DNA from: an uncultured Saprospiraceae bacterium
Lineage (GTDB): Bacteria > Bacteroidota > Bacteroidia > Chitinophagales > Saprospiraceae
Direction of reading: 5' to 3'
Assembly (NCBI GenBank): GCA_964385675.1
Contig: CAYLSF010000001.1
Coordinates: 53,651 to 117,650, forward strand
Length of the DNA stretch: 64,000 bases
Shown here: one piece after another, positions 52,969-61,751 of the stretch
Layout: each line of letters opens with the position of its first letter
Position numbering within the stretch: the stretch's first letter is position 1
The notes under the pieces: generated by a model
What the model was told of the DNA's origin: nothing
What the model saw: only the letters and a program-made list of their open reading frames with translations
The model's database searches: none
Position numbers and translations under genes: made by a program

Positions 52969-54227
52969 TAAACATCCTCATAACCATCAAAATCACTAAG
53001 GCTAAATACTTTAGATTCATCTGGTATATAATCTTCTGAAGCTCGTCCAGAAAGGAACCAAAACCAATTCTTAGGTTGTTGCGGACTTACTGCATTCCCT
53101 ATCCCATCTGTTATGACAAATACTAGATTTGGATACTCTTTTTGCTTGGTGTGAACTTGTATATATTCTTCTATAATGTCAAATGCAGTTCCCCCTCCAC
53201 CGTAAAATTTTCCTGTTTTTAAATCTACACTTTCAACTTCTGTGTTAAAAGTATGAAACTTAATGTTAAATGTATCGGTTGGAATGCTCCGCGCCGCGTC
53301 GATAAATCTTTGACAATAATTAACACATGATCCAGAAACATCGGCAAAAAGCCACAAGTCCCATTTATTTTTACCTTTATGATCACATCTATTAATAGTT
53401 GGAAGTAAAAACTTTTTGTCTATTAGGGATGCTCTTCTGTCTGGCTTATGCCATTGATAAGTTCTACTTTTATCTTTAGCTATCAAATTTCTACGAATTT
53501 GCCCAACTACAGATTCCCATCTTTTGTTTTGTGGCTGCTTTTTATAAATTATATTGAGAATATCTTTTATATTTTCTGTGCCAGCAGACAATTCTTGGAC
53601 AATCTTTTCTGCTTGTTCTTTATCATTGATAGCTTCTGAGATAACTTCTTTAAGTTCTTCTTCAGTTAATGATGGTAAAGAGGAATGGTCGTCTAAAGAC
53701 CCTCCATTGGGTGTTGCAGTAAGGTCTATGACAGTTTGTTTTTCTGCCCTATCTAGCAACTCTTTAAAGTAATACTCAAAAATATCATCGTCGTTAATCT
53801 TTTGATGATCATCTTTAAAAGCGATGTCTTTGAATACTGGAGACATATCTCCTAGTTCAGACATGTCTTCTCTAGAAAATCCAAAATTGTCTATAAGAGA
53901 ATGATTAACAACAATATCTAACGCGATATTTGCTATTTTTCTATTTAGACGATTATCTTTGATGCGTTCTCCGTGATTGAAAAGCAGGTGGAGCATCTCG
54001 TGACAGCAAACAAATTTGACTTGATCCCAGGTTAGTTTTTCTAAGAAGTCTGTGTTAAACAAAAACCGTAGGAATTTTCCCTCTCTGTCAAAAGTAACGC
54101 ACGCTGTTTTTATTTTATCTGATACTCCGGGCCTGCCTATTGCGCCTAGCTTATAAAACATCTCGTGATATTCACACATATCTTTGATTATCAAATCATA
54201 ACAATCTAGAAGATCTTGTGGCTTCAT
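52968..54227 (-). CDS. VWA-domain protein with N-terminal HExxH metallopeptidase-like domain (DUF2201-type, MoxR partner)
   Basis: CCHEMLHLLFNH (HExxH). C-terminal VWA-like LWLFADVSGS (MIDAS DxSxS) and VFVITDG. Confidence 0.65.
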   Translation of the reverse strand: MKPQDLLDCYDLIIKDMCEYHEMFYKLGAIGRPGVSDKIKTACVTFDREGKFLRFLFNTDFLEKLTWDQVKFVCCHEMLHLLFNHGERIKDNRLNRKIANIALDIVVNHSLIDNFGFSREDMSELGDMSPVFKDIAFKDDHQKINDDDIFEYYFKELLDRAEKQTVIDLTATPNGGSLDDHSSLPSLTEEELKEVISEAINDKEQAEKIVQELSAGTENIKDILNIIYKKQPQNKRWESVVGQIRRNLIAKDKSRTYQWHKPDRRASLIDKKFLLPTINRCDHKGKNKWDLWLFADVSGSCVNYCQRFIDAARSIPTDTFNIKFHTFNTEVESVDLKTGKFYGGGGTAFDIIEEYIQVHTKQKEYPNLVFVITDGIGNAVSPQQPKNWFWFLSGRASEDYIPDESKVFSLSDFDGYEDV

Positions 54228-54238
54228 TGTATATCCTA

Positions 54239-55324
54239 TTATATTTGTTTAATTTCAGACATGCTAATGTATGATTCAATCGCCTCTAGTATACTTGATG
54301 ATTGTGCGTATTCTAGAAACTCTTTATTGTTCTCGCTTCCAACAGCAATAATATTTGCAATAATATCGTACATTTTTTGTCCATTGCCAACCTCAACAGA
54401 CTCAGAAATAATTGATGTAAGTAAATCTCTATGCTTTACTTTTACTATTTCGGCAGCAATTTTTTCTTTAGGCCAATAATGTATATACTTTTCAGTATTT
54501 TGTTGGCTTAGCACGTAATCTTTTGTCGCGCTAAAATTATTCTCATCCTTAAAGAATTTAGTAATCTTTTCGTGATCTTCACCACACTCCTTAAGTTTTT
54601 CGAGTACTGGTCCATCTTTTAGAGCTGCCTTTAAGCTATTAAGTTCAACTCCTTGCGGGAGAAAAGGTTCTAGTCTCATTTTTTTATTAAGGAAGCCATC
54701 CATAGCATAATCAAGCGTGCGAGGAGAGACCTTTTTAATCAAATCAGGCCTATTAATCTTAAGTTCGTTCCACCAAGATATAGCGCCGGCCGCTGCATTT
54801 TGCCCATACTTATTACTAAAGTAATTTCTATCTGGCTGATATGGCATATTTAGTCGAACGTGAAACCTGCTTTCCTGAGCTAAGTCTAGCCTATCAGTAT
54901 CATAATCATCATTATAAGGGTTGATAGCCACCCAAATAACTTTTAAGTTATCGTACTTAATGCCATTAAGCGATTTAAACTGAATAAGTTCCATCACTGC
55001 ATTTCTGACATGAGTGTCTCCGCGATTAAACTCATCCATAAAGATCGCCTCTATTTTATCTTCGGCAAATCTTTTTGGTCTTACGAGGTCAAGATATTTT
55101 GTTCCGGTGTTCTCGTCTACAGTTTCTTTTGGGCAACCTATAAAATCAATAAATGGGTCCATTGTAGGAGCGCTAAAATAAGCCCAGCTATCTTCTCCAT
55201 ACTTTTCAGTAAATAGCTTGGAAACTATATGAGTCTTACCAACGCCATGTTCGCCCTCTATGATAACATTGAGTTCATTATCTAGAGCTTCCTTGAGATC
55301 CTGAATCATTACTTTATTAGACAT
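54239..55324 (-). CDS. AAA+ ATPase, MoxR/CobS-like
   Basis: Walker A IIEGEHGVGKTH, Walker B IFMDEFNR, 361 aa. Adjacent to a VWA protein. Confidence 0.7.
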   Translation of the reverse strand: MSNKVMIQDLKEALDNELNVIIEGEHGVGKTHIVSKLFTEKYGEDSWAYFSAPTMDPFIDFIGCPKETVDENTGTKYLDLVRPKRFAEDKIEAIFMDEFNRGDTHVRNAVMELIQFKSLNGIKYDNLKVIWVAINPYNDDYDTDRLDLAQESRFHVRLNMPYQPDRNYFSNKYGQNAAAGAISWWNELKINRPDLIKKVSPRTLDYAMDGFLNKKMRLEPFLPQGVELNSLKAALKDGPVLEKLKECGEDHEKITKFFKDENNFSATKDYVLSQQNTEKYIHYWPKEKIAAEIVKVKHRDLLTSIISESVEVGNGQKMYDIIANIIAVGSENNKEFLEYAQSSSILEAIESYISMSEIKQI

Positions 55325-55832
55325 TGATAATCTTCTCCTTAGAGAGTTTAGTTATTCGCCCGCTAGAATCTAATTTTTCGATAGAATGAATAGTTTTACA
55401 TCTAGAACAAAATATTATTAATTTGTCTGGATATATATCAAAATTGCTATCTTGAAACTTTTTTATAGCTGTTTCTCTATCGTTAGTAGACAAGGGAATC
55501 GTAATATCATGAATATTTGAAAACGTGATTAATGTGGTATCTACAATATTCCCATCAACTTCAATCTTTGTAGAATGCTTATGGTCTGATGCTATATAGC
55601 TAATTTCGTGTCCATGTTCAAAAATTTCAGTGTTGTTTTCTGGAAATTTATTATATGTTTTAATATAAGACTGAATGCTTGGGTCGCTTATTGCTCTATC
55701 AAGCATTTTTGCGTCTTCACACAAAGATAAGAAATTATACAAGTATTCATTAGATTCTGACCCACACATAAACATATGCGGCTTACCATCTTTAATAATG
55801 GTAATGTTCTTCCCGCTCATAATTTTTTTCAT
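55317..55832 (-). CDS. Hypothetical protein
   Basis: 171-aa ORF between the rIIA-like and MoxR-like genes. It does not look like T4 rIIB to me. Confidence 0.5.
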   Translation of the reverse strand: MKKIMSGKNITIIKDGKPHMFMCGSESNEYLYNFLSLCEDAKMLDRAISDPSIQSYIKTYNKFPENNTEIFEHGHEISYIASDHKHSTKIEVDGNIVDTTLITFSNIHDITIPLSTNDRETAIKKFQDSNFDIYPDKLIIFCSRCKTIHSIEKLDSSGRITKLSKEKIINV

Positions 55833-55833
55833 G

Positions 55834-57870
55834 TCAATTTACATTCTCTTGAAAGAGCCAAAGAATTTGATCTTTTGATAATTGTTTTTTGACGCTAACA
55901 TACGAGCTAAGTATACTCATAGGCATATTATTTTTTGTTAGGTTAATTATTTTATCTATCAATTTAATAGACTGTTCTTTTATTAGTTTTTGTTGCCCAT
56001 CCGATAAAAAACCTGACCAGAATCTATAATCTTCCAGATTAAGATAGTTTTTGTAACGAAAGCTCGTTCGTCTATATTGAAATGCTTGGTCTATGCTTTG
56101 AATTTCGGCGGCGGTAAAAAGTTTGACCTTAATACTATCTTCTAAGCGTCCCCAGATTGCATAAAAATTAATATAGTTTTTATCTTGTAGCTGACTAAGA
56201 CTTTCTATCAAGTAGATATTTTTGCAATATCTTAGTTTTTCATCAGGAATACCTTTATTTTTGATAAAGTCTTTTAAGGGCTTCATATTCTGAGAAATCG
56301 CCCAGTTTATCTTATCTGGTTTGACTCCAAATAAATTGTATTTCCCAAAATCTATGAAGTCTTTGTACCTATCCATATGGATATTTATATCAACTTCTGG
56401 CTTGTATCTTTTTATTGGAACATATAAGTCGGACTTGCCATTATTAGTAGTATAATTAACAGCCTCCCAGAATCTAGAATATTGATTTACATTGACCCCG
56501 CCTTTGTCAGGCCTGAACTTAAAGATTTTAATATGTCCATATGTCCCTCTTTTTTTGCCGGTAGATTTAACGTAGTAATCGCTTGCACGAATAATCTCAT
56601 GGTCTTTTAAGCCTGTCAACTTTTGGAGTTCATCAATATTCCCTGAAAATAATAGTCCATGAATTTGATTTGTCTTGTTCAGGTAGCTTCTGGCTGCTTT
56701 GACATATCCAGTCTTAATATCTACATATATAATAGGAAGTTTGTTACTTATGTCATTTCCAGAAAGAAAATCTGTGTCATTTCCTCTTTTAGCAAAAAAT
56801 CTATCAACTGAAGATAAAGTCCCCGCACTCTTTATATCAATTCCATTTGAATTAATTTTTGAGCCTTTATATTCTGAGAAAATTACAGGCTTGTTAGAGC
56901 TTCTAGAGAGCTTATGCAAGAATCCAATCGCTTCATATGGCGTGGCAAAGCTGTTTACTTTTTTCGCTGTATCCTTTTCTATTTCTTGATATACTTCTTT
57001 TAATTTAGCGGAAACTTTTGCAGAATTTTGCGGTGTGTCTTGTAACGCTTCTCGGCTTATTGTAATGCCAACATATCCTATAGGCACTTTTATAATAAGA
57101 TTATCAAATGTTGTTTTTATATTTGTCTTGTAAAGAATATTCCCCATCAAAACTTGGGCATTGCGTCTTTGAAACGAATTTGTTTCTAGACCTTTATGTA
57201 GTAAAAAGTTATCTCCAGAGAAATAAGATAGATTTTTATGAGTTTTGATGTTTTTAACTTGGTCAGTATTGTAATTTGGCTGCACATCAAACCATTGGTA
57301 TATAATTGCAGCTTTTTTGATAAACTCTTTGTGGTCTTTAGTCTCTACGGGAAACTTTACTTCTAGCCCATTTTTCTCTGTTGTATCTTGTTCCGAGATT
57401 ATTTGTAGGTATGGTACATGATATTCATCTCTAGCGCACAAAGCAGAGATAGCTCTGCCGTTAAAATACGAGGTTACAATAAACTGATTTGTATACGCAA
57501 ATGGGCTCTTGGAGCCGATGCCGATTGATCCAATATGCTCATTAGAATCTCTTCTATTACTTTTAGCGTAGCGAGTATAAGTTTGTGTTAAGTCTTCTTT
57601 TGACAGGCCAGTACCATAATCTCTAATGCGAAAATCTGCGTTGCTACCTATGGGCAAGTCTATATCAAATGGCACATCTTGATTATTGGCATCTATATGG
57701 GCATCATAAGCATTCGTGGCCAATTCTCTAAGGATAGCAGAAATTGGATCTTCATATACATCATCTGACAGCCTTTTCATAATGGCTGGGTCGGTTTCTA
57801 CTTGAAACTCAAATCTTTCATCTGCTTTTAGCTCGTTTTTATGATATTGCCTATTAAATGAGGGCTTCAT
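55834..57870 (-). CDS. rIIA: rIIA-like GHKL-ATPase protein
   Basis: RELATNAYDAH, RDYGTGLS and IGSIGIGSKSPFAYTNQFIVTSY match the Bergerat-fold N-terminus of T4 rIIA as I recall it. 678 aa. Confidence 0.65.
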   Translation of the reverse strand: MKPSFNRQYHKNELKADERFEFQVETDPAIMKRLSDDVYEDPISAILRELATNAYDAHIDANNQDVPFDIDLPIGSNADFRIRDYGTGLSKEDLTQTYTRYAKSNRRDSNEHIGSIGIGSKSPFAYTNQFIVTSYFNGRAISALCARDEYHVPYLQIISEQDTTEKNGLEVKFPVETKDHKEFIKKAAIIYQWFDVQPNYNTDQVKNIKTHKNLSYFSGDNFLLHKGLETNSFQRRNAQVLMGNILYKTNIKTTFDNLIIKVPIGYVGITISREALQDTPQNSAKVSAKLKEVYQEIEKDTAKKVNSFATPYEAIGFLHKLSRSSNKPVIFSEYKGSKINSNGIDIKSAGTLSSVDRFFAKRGNDTDFLSGNDISNKLPIIYVDIKTGYVKAARSYLNKTNQIHGLLFSGNIDELQKLTGLKDHEIIRASDYYVKSTGKKRGTYGHIKIFKFRPDKGGVNVNQYSRFWEAVNYTTNNGKSDLYVPIKRYKPEVDINIHMDRYKDFIDFGKYNLFGVKPDKINWAISQNMKPLKDFIKNKGIPDEKLRYCKNIYLIESLSQLQDKNYINFYAIWGRLEDSIKVKLFTAAEIQSIDQAFQYRRTSFRYKNYLNLEDYRFWSGFLSDGQQKLIKEQSIKLIDKIINLTKNNMPMSILSSYVSVKKQLSKDQILWLFQENVN

Positions 57871-58262
57871 TTTAGTTTTTCCAATTGTCCACGATTATTT
57901 GTATACATTACTTTTGTAATGCCATATGATTCAATAGTTTTCATACAGCTACTACAAGGCCTTGACATTAAGAATGTCTGTTTGTCTGGCTCTCTACTAA
58001 TTCTGAAGTTAACTAAGACACATTTTCTAAGATTGTATTTTTTAGGCGCCTTTCTTAAAGCGTCTAGCTCAGAATGAATTGATGGATAAGAATAAAACTT
58101 AGCTGCATTAGTATTTGTTTTTCCTGAGTTTAATCCTATCGATATGATTCGATTTTTATACAATATAATGGTAACATGTCTACATCTTTCTTGGCATTTA
58201 TCTGCTATATTAATAGCAAGATCCGAGATTTGAATCTTCTTGGGTTCTGAAATCATGTTCAA
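57867..58262 (-). CDS. Cytidine/deoxycytidylate-deaminase-fold zinc enzyme (second deaminase)
   Basis: IHSELDAL (H[AS]E) and PCSSCMKTI (PCxxC). 131 aa. Confidence 0.6.
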   Translation of the reverse strand: MNMISEPKKIQISDLAINIADKCQERCRHVTIILYKNRIISIGLNSGKTNTNAAKFYSYPSIHSELDALRKAPKKYNLRKCVLVNFRISREPDKQTFLMSRPCSSCMKTIESYGITKVMYTNNRGQLEKLK

Positions 58263-58446
58263 ACTGACCGTTTAAAAGATTGCATACAGTATTTAGAGTC
58301 TCAATATTAAGGGGACCAAGATCAACAGTTCCACTTTGTAGATTAGCCTGTCCTAAGCAATTACTTTCCCCGCATGGAAGTTCCTCCATAATGTATACTA
58401 ACTCTTCATTGTAGGGATGAATTTCTAGTAAGATAGTGTTCTTCAT
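58210..58446 (-). CDS. Hypothetical protein
   Basis: 78-aa ORF with a 53-nt overlap onto the downstream gene start. Confidence 0.4.
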   Translation of the reverse strand: MKNTILLEIHPYNEELVYIMEELPCGESNCLGQANLQSGTVDLGPLNIETLNTVCNLLNGQFEHDFRTQEDSNLGSCY

Positions 58447-58461
58447 GGGAATATCCTTATA

Positions 58462-59358
58462 TTAAGTTAAACATCTGCCGCTAGGAAGTTTTTTAATTAT
58501 TCCTATACGATCTAAATAGGGTTCAATTTCTTCTAGAATTGTATTTTCTGTAAGATTTGATAAACTAGCAATAGTCTTTAGTCCTAATGGTCTATCCGCA
58601 GCTTTTAAGGTATCAATATATTGCCTATCATTCTTATCTAAACCTTTTTCATCTACTCCATATAGATCAAAAGCTTCGTTGACTATATTAGCGGATACAT
58701 TTCTTGTATTTTTACTGATAGAAAAGTTATATATCCACTCTAAATATGCGCTCGCAATTCTTGGCGTCCCTTTACATCTTTTTGAGAGATTACGCTTAGC
58801 GTCTTCATCTATTGTAAAATTGTTTTGGGTTGTGTGCTTCTGAATGATATTTTCTAGTTCTTTATCAGAATAGAATGTCAGGTGAAACTTAAGTGTCATC
58901 CTATCTAGCAAAGGCTTTGGCATCAGCCCTGTATTAGTAGTTGCACCTATTATTGTAATAGGACTTATAGGAACAACAATTGCATTCTCTGTTTTGTCTT
59001 TCTTCGCCTCTGTAATGATGAGCTTATCATCTTCGAGAGGCATATATAATGTTTCTGCTACTTTTTTAGGCAGAGAATGGATTTCATCTATAAAAACAAT
59101 ATCTTTATTTGAGCTTTGTACTAATGCTTTAATTATAGAGCTGGGATTAGATACTGTTGCGCCATTGATTATTTGACAATTTGAATCAAGTTCATTGGCA
59201 ACGGCTAGTGCAAATGTAGTCTTACCAAGACCTGGAGGACCTTGGAATATCATATGTGGTATTTTACGGTCTAATTTACTTGCTGCATTAATACAAATCT
59301 TTAAGCTTTGTTTTATATCTTCCTGCCCAATAATATCATTTATTTTTGATGGTCTCAT
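58462..59358 (-). CDS. ruvB: Holliday-junction branch-migration ATPase RuvB
   Basis: MRPSKINDIIGQEDIK, FQGPPGLGKTT, FIDEIH, IGATTNTG..PLLDR, GTPRIA and a C-terminal winged-helix EIEPYL..G.I.. Confidence 0.85.
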   Translation of the reverse strand: MRPSKINDIIGQEDIKQSLKICINAASKLDRKIPHMIFQGPPGLGKTTFALAVANELDSNCQIINGATVSNPSSIIKALVQSSNKDIVFIDEIHSLPKKVAETLYMPLEDDKLIITEAKKDKTENAIVVPISPITIIGATTNTGLMPKPLLDRMTLKFHLTFYSDKELENIIQKHTTQNNFTIDEDAKRNLSKRCKGTPRIASAYLEWIYNFSISKNTRNVSANIVNEAFDLYGVDEKGLDKNDRQYIDTLKAADRPLGLKTIASLSNLTENTILEEIEPYLDRIGIIKKLPSGRCLT

Positions 59359-59714
59359 ATGTATTCTAATGTGTTTTTTACCATAAGGTCAAACTCACCA
59401 TCTTCTACTTTTAATAGGGCCTTTTGAATATTTTGCTTTTCAAATCCCTGAGCTTCTAGTATAGATAAGATTCTTTCCCTATTATCATTTTTAGCCGCTT
59501 CTATGTTTTGAGTTTTTACCTTATCTGCTTTCTTTATAAATTGTGCTAGGTCAGGATCTTCTATTTGAGATACCTGTCCACAGCTACAAAAAATTTGAAA
59601 GTTTGGATTATTAAATTGCGGCGGCGTTAGCCAATGTATCCAGCAACAATTATTACAAATATAGCTAACTGCTATATCATAATCATTTGGCTTTAAGCGT
59701 TGGTATTTTTGCAT
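59355..59714 (-). CDS. Hypothetical Cys-rich protein
   Basis: 119-aa ORF with CNNCC..CSCG. Confidence 0.5.
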   Translation of the reverse strand: MQKYQRLKPNDYDIAVSYICNNCCWIHWLTPPQFNNPNFQIFCSCGQVSQIEDPDLAQFIKKADKVKTQNIEAAKNDNRERILSILEAQGFEKQNIQKALLKVEDGEFDLMVKNTLEYI

Positions 59715-60103
59715 AAGATTTTATGCTGTGTATAAACAGCTCCTGAATGCATAGTTCTTTCTTGTTCATCCATATAGATATAATGGATTCCAGTTAGCTC
59801 TTTAGTAGAGTACGCTAGTATTCCATCTTTTAAAATTTCTTTGACTTGAAATACTCCGTGGGAGTTAAGATGGATTTTTTCTTGAGACTCTTCACATATG
59901 TAATAAGGACCTGACCCCTGTATTACTTTAATAATATCGTTTTTCTTTAGCCGTCGCCAATCTTCACATGGGATATATTGCTTGGGTCTTCTTTTTCTAC
60001 GAGTAGATTTTTGTACTACAAATTTATGCCCACAGGTTTTACAAACTTGTAATCTTACTCCAGAGATAGTGCCGCATGATGGACATTTCTTTTTGCCTCT
60101 CAT
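59693..60103 (-). CDS. Zinc-ribbon protein
   Basis: N-terminal CPSCG..CKTCG. Confidence 0.5.
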   Translation of the reverse strand: MRGKKKCPSCGTISGVRLQVCKTCGHKFVVQKSTRRKRRPKQYIPCEDWRRLKKNDIIKVIQGSGPYYICEESQEKIHLNSHGVFQVKEILKDGILAYSTKELTGIHYIYMDEQERTMHSGAVYTQHKILCKNTNA

Positions 60104-60556
60104 TTATTCTCCATAGTCTTCAAATGCACTATCTAGATCGTCGTTATTACCTTTATAACCCATCGACTTTCCGAATAGTTCAGGAATGATATTCTGAGAC
60201 TTTTCTTGAAAATATTTATCTATATCTTCTACTTTTTTATAGTAAAGAGGTTGTCCATTCTCTTTTTCTACTAAAAAGAAGAAATAATTTGCTATATGCT
60301 CTGGAATTAAACTTGTATATACTTCTCCTTCTGGAAGGTATTCAAGAGAAATTTTAAGTCTTTGCAGCATAGCCTTGTCTTCTTCCATATTGATTATCAG
60401 ATTAAACTCTGGGTTTTCAACTGGGACGGGCTGAATTTTTAGGTTAGACATCTCCCTAAGATTAAATCCAAAATTTAACTTAAAGAAAGAATATATATAC
60501 GATGACGGTACCCATTCTGATTCTTTAGGTATTCCCCAACTTTGTCTAATACTCAT
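60104..60556 (-). CDS. Hypothetical protein
   Basis: 150-aa ORF that abuts the upstream stop. Confidence 0.5.
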   Translation of the reverse strand: MSIRQSWGIPKESEWVPSSYIYSFFKLNFGFNLREMSNLKIQPVPVENPEFNLIINMEEDKAMLQRLKISLEYLPEGEVYTSLIPEHIANYFFFLVEKENGQPLYYKKVEDIDKYFQEKSQNIIPELFGKSMGYKGNNDDLDSAFEDYGE

Positions 60557-60569
60557 ATTTTGATACCTC

Positions 60570-60866
60570 TTAATCTTCCTTAGTCTTTATATTTTCAGCA
60601 AATTCTTTTATATTTACTTTTTTAGCATAATGGCTATCTAGTCTTTTGGTTATTCTTATTGTTTTTGAAACAGGGTCATAACACAAACAGTCTCCGATAA
60701 GCCTAGAGTGTCTTCTTCTATTTTTAGAAAAATGGTGATAACAATAAAAAATTGCTGCTGAGCAGTCTGATGTCAGCGACCACTTTTTAAGTTTTAACAC
60801 AAAGCCTATATATCTTAGGTCCGATATGCTTTTTATTCTACAGTATAATTGTTTGTTTCTAACCAT
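60570..60866 (-). CDS. Hypothetical protein
   Basis: 98-aa ORF. Confidence 0.45.
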   Translation of the reverse strand: MVRNKQLYCRIKSISDLRYIGFVLKLKKWSLTSDCSAAIFYCYHHFSKNRRRHSRLIGDCLCYDPVSKTIRITKRLDSHYAKKVNIKEFAENIKTKED

Positions 60867-60903
60867 TTTTACTGTGTAATTTTAGACCTTGTAGCTCTTT
60901 GAC

Positions 60904-61749
60904 TTATAGTATTTTATAAGTGATTATAGAATCTGGATAGCTATCTGCACTCCTATAGGAGTCTGTAGTAATAATCTTGTCAAAGGTATTCAGTGGCTCT
61001 GCATAACCCTTACTAAAAATTCCGTGGGTTACAAAGACCCTTACTTCACTTGCTTTTTTCTCTCTTAAGAGATTAGCTATGGCTATGTGGCTACCAAATC
61101 CGTCCCCAATGTCATCAATAATAACGCAAGACTTATTATCTAAGTTATCGCTATGAACTTTAAAGTTAGATAGCTTGCCTGTTTTTGTATCTCTTTGTTT
61201 AGAACAATAAACAATTTCGGGGTGGGGAGTATTTGCAAAGCTTACAATGCTACTTATACGCTTTACTGCTCCCGCGTCTGGACAAACTACTACATCTATA
61301 TCATCGTCAATAACATTATCGGCAATCATATGATCTATGTTTTTAACTTTACATCTATCAATCAATGCAGTAACAACATCACTATGAGGCTCTATAATTT
61401 GAACCCAGCCATAATTTTGTTGGTTTATAATCTTAGCATAAACTTTGGCGCCTAGAGCTTCTCCTTCTTGAGTTACTCTGTCTTGTCTTGCCCCTGGAAA
61501 ATAACCTGTAATTAGATTAATCTTAATAAGCGGGAAAGCCTGTCTAATAGCATCGGTTGCCATAACCAGATACATTAGATCGTCGCTATCATTAAGTCTA
61601 CATGTGATATTACAGTGAGTCCAGTCTTTTTTGCTTAAGGGCCTATCATTTAATCTAACATGAACCTCTCCCGCGGGAAATTTAATTTGAGTTAATCCGC
61701 ACTCTAAGGTTTCATTTTGATCAATGTCGATAAATTGAAGTTTAAACAT
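60904..61749 (-). CDS. Ribose-phosphate pyrophosphokinase (Prs)-fold enzyme; candidate ADPR-pyrophosphate synthetase (Adps-like)
   Basis: FPAGEVHV, YFPGARQDR, PDAGAVKR, THGIFS and TTDS all follow the Prs layout. The phosphoribosyl loop is IIDDIGDGFGS rather than DDxxDTxGT. 281 aa. The gene starts 3 nt after the Nampt-like stop. Confidence 0.7.
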   Translation of the reverse strand: MFKLQFIDIDQNETLECGLTQIKFPAGEVHVRLNDRPLSKKDWTHCNITCRLNDSDDLMYLVMATDAIRQAFPLIKINLITGYFPGARQDRVTQEGEALGAKVYAKIINQQNYGWVQIIEPHSDVVTALIDRCKVKNIDHMIADNVIDDDIDVVVCPDAGAVKRISSIVSFANTPHPEIVYCSKQRDTKTGKLSNFKVHSDNLDNKSCVIIDDIGDGFGSHIAIANLLREKKASEVRVFVTHGIFSKGYAEPLNTFDKIITTDSYRSADSYPDSIITYKIL

Positions 61750-61751
61750 TT

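Noticed and set aside
1914-59386. All plus-strand ORFs of 60-138 aa in the track. Examples are 1914..2114, 2456..2701, 3173..3442, 4491..4697, 6655..6948, 6991..7245, 13708..13947, 24064..24330, 38591..38908, 42106..42408, 47243..47659, 54216..54479 and 56699..56989.
   Set aside because: Each lies antisense inside a longer minus-strand gene that carries recognisable motifs or belongs to the tightly coupled gene series. Their translations are low-complexity, Leu/Ser/Phe-rich mirror frames. None has its own ribosome-binding site or promoter context. Only 33531..33869 was kept.
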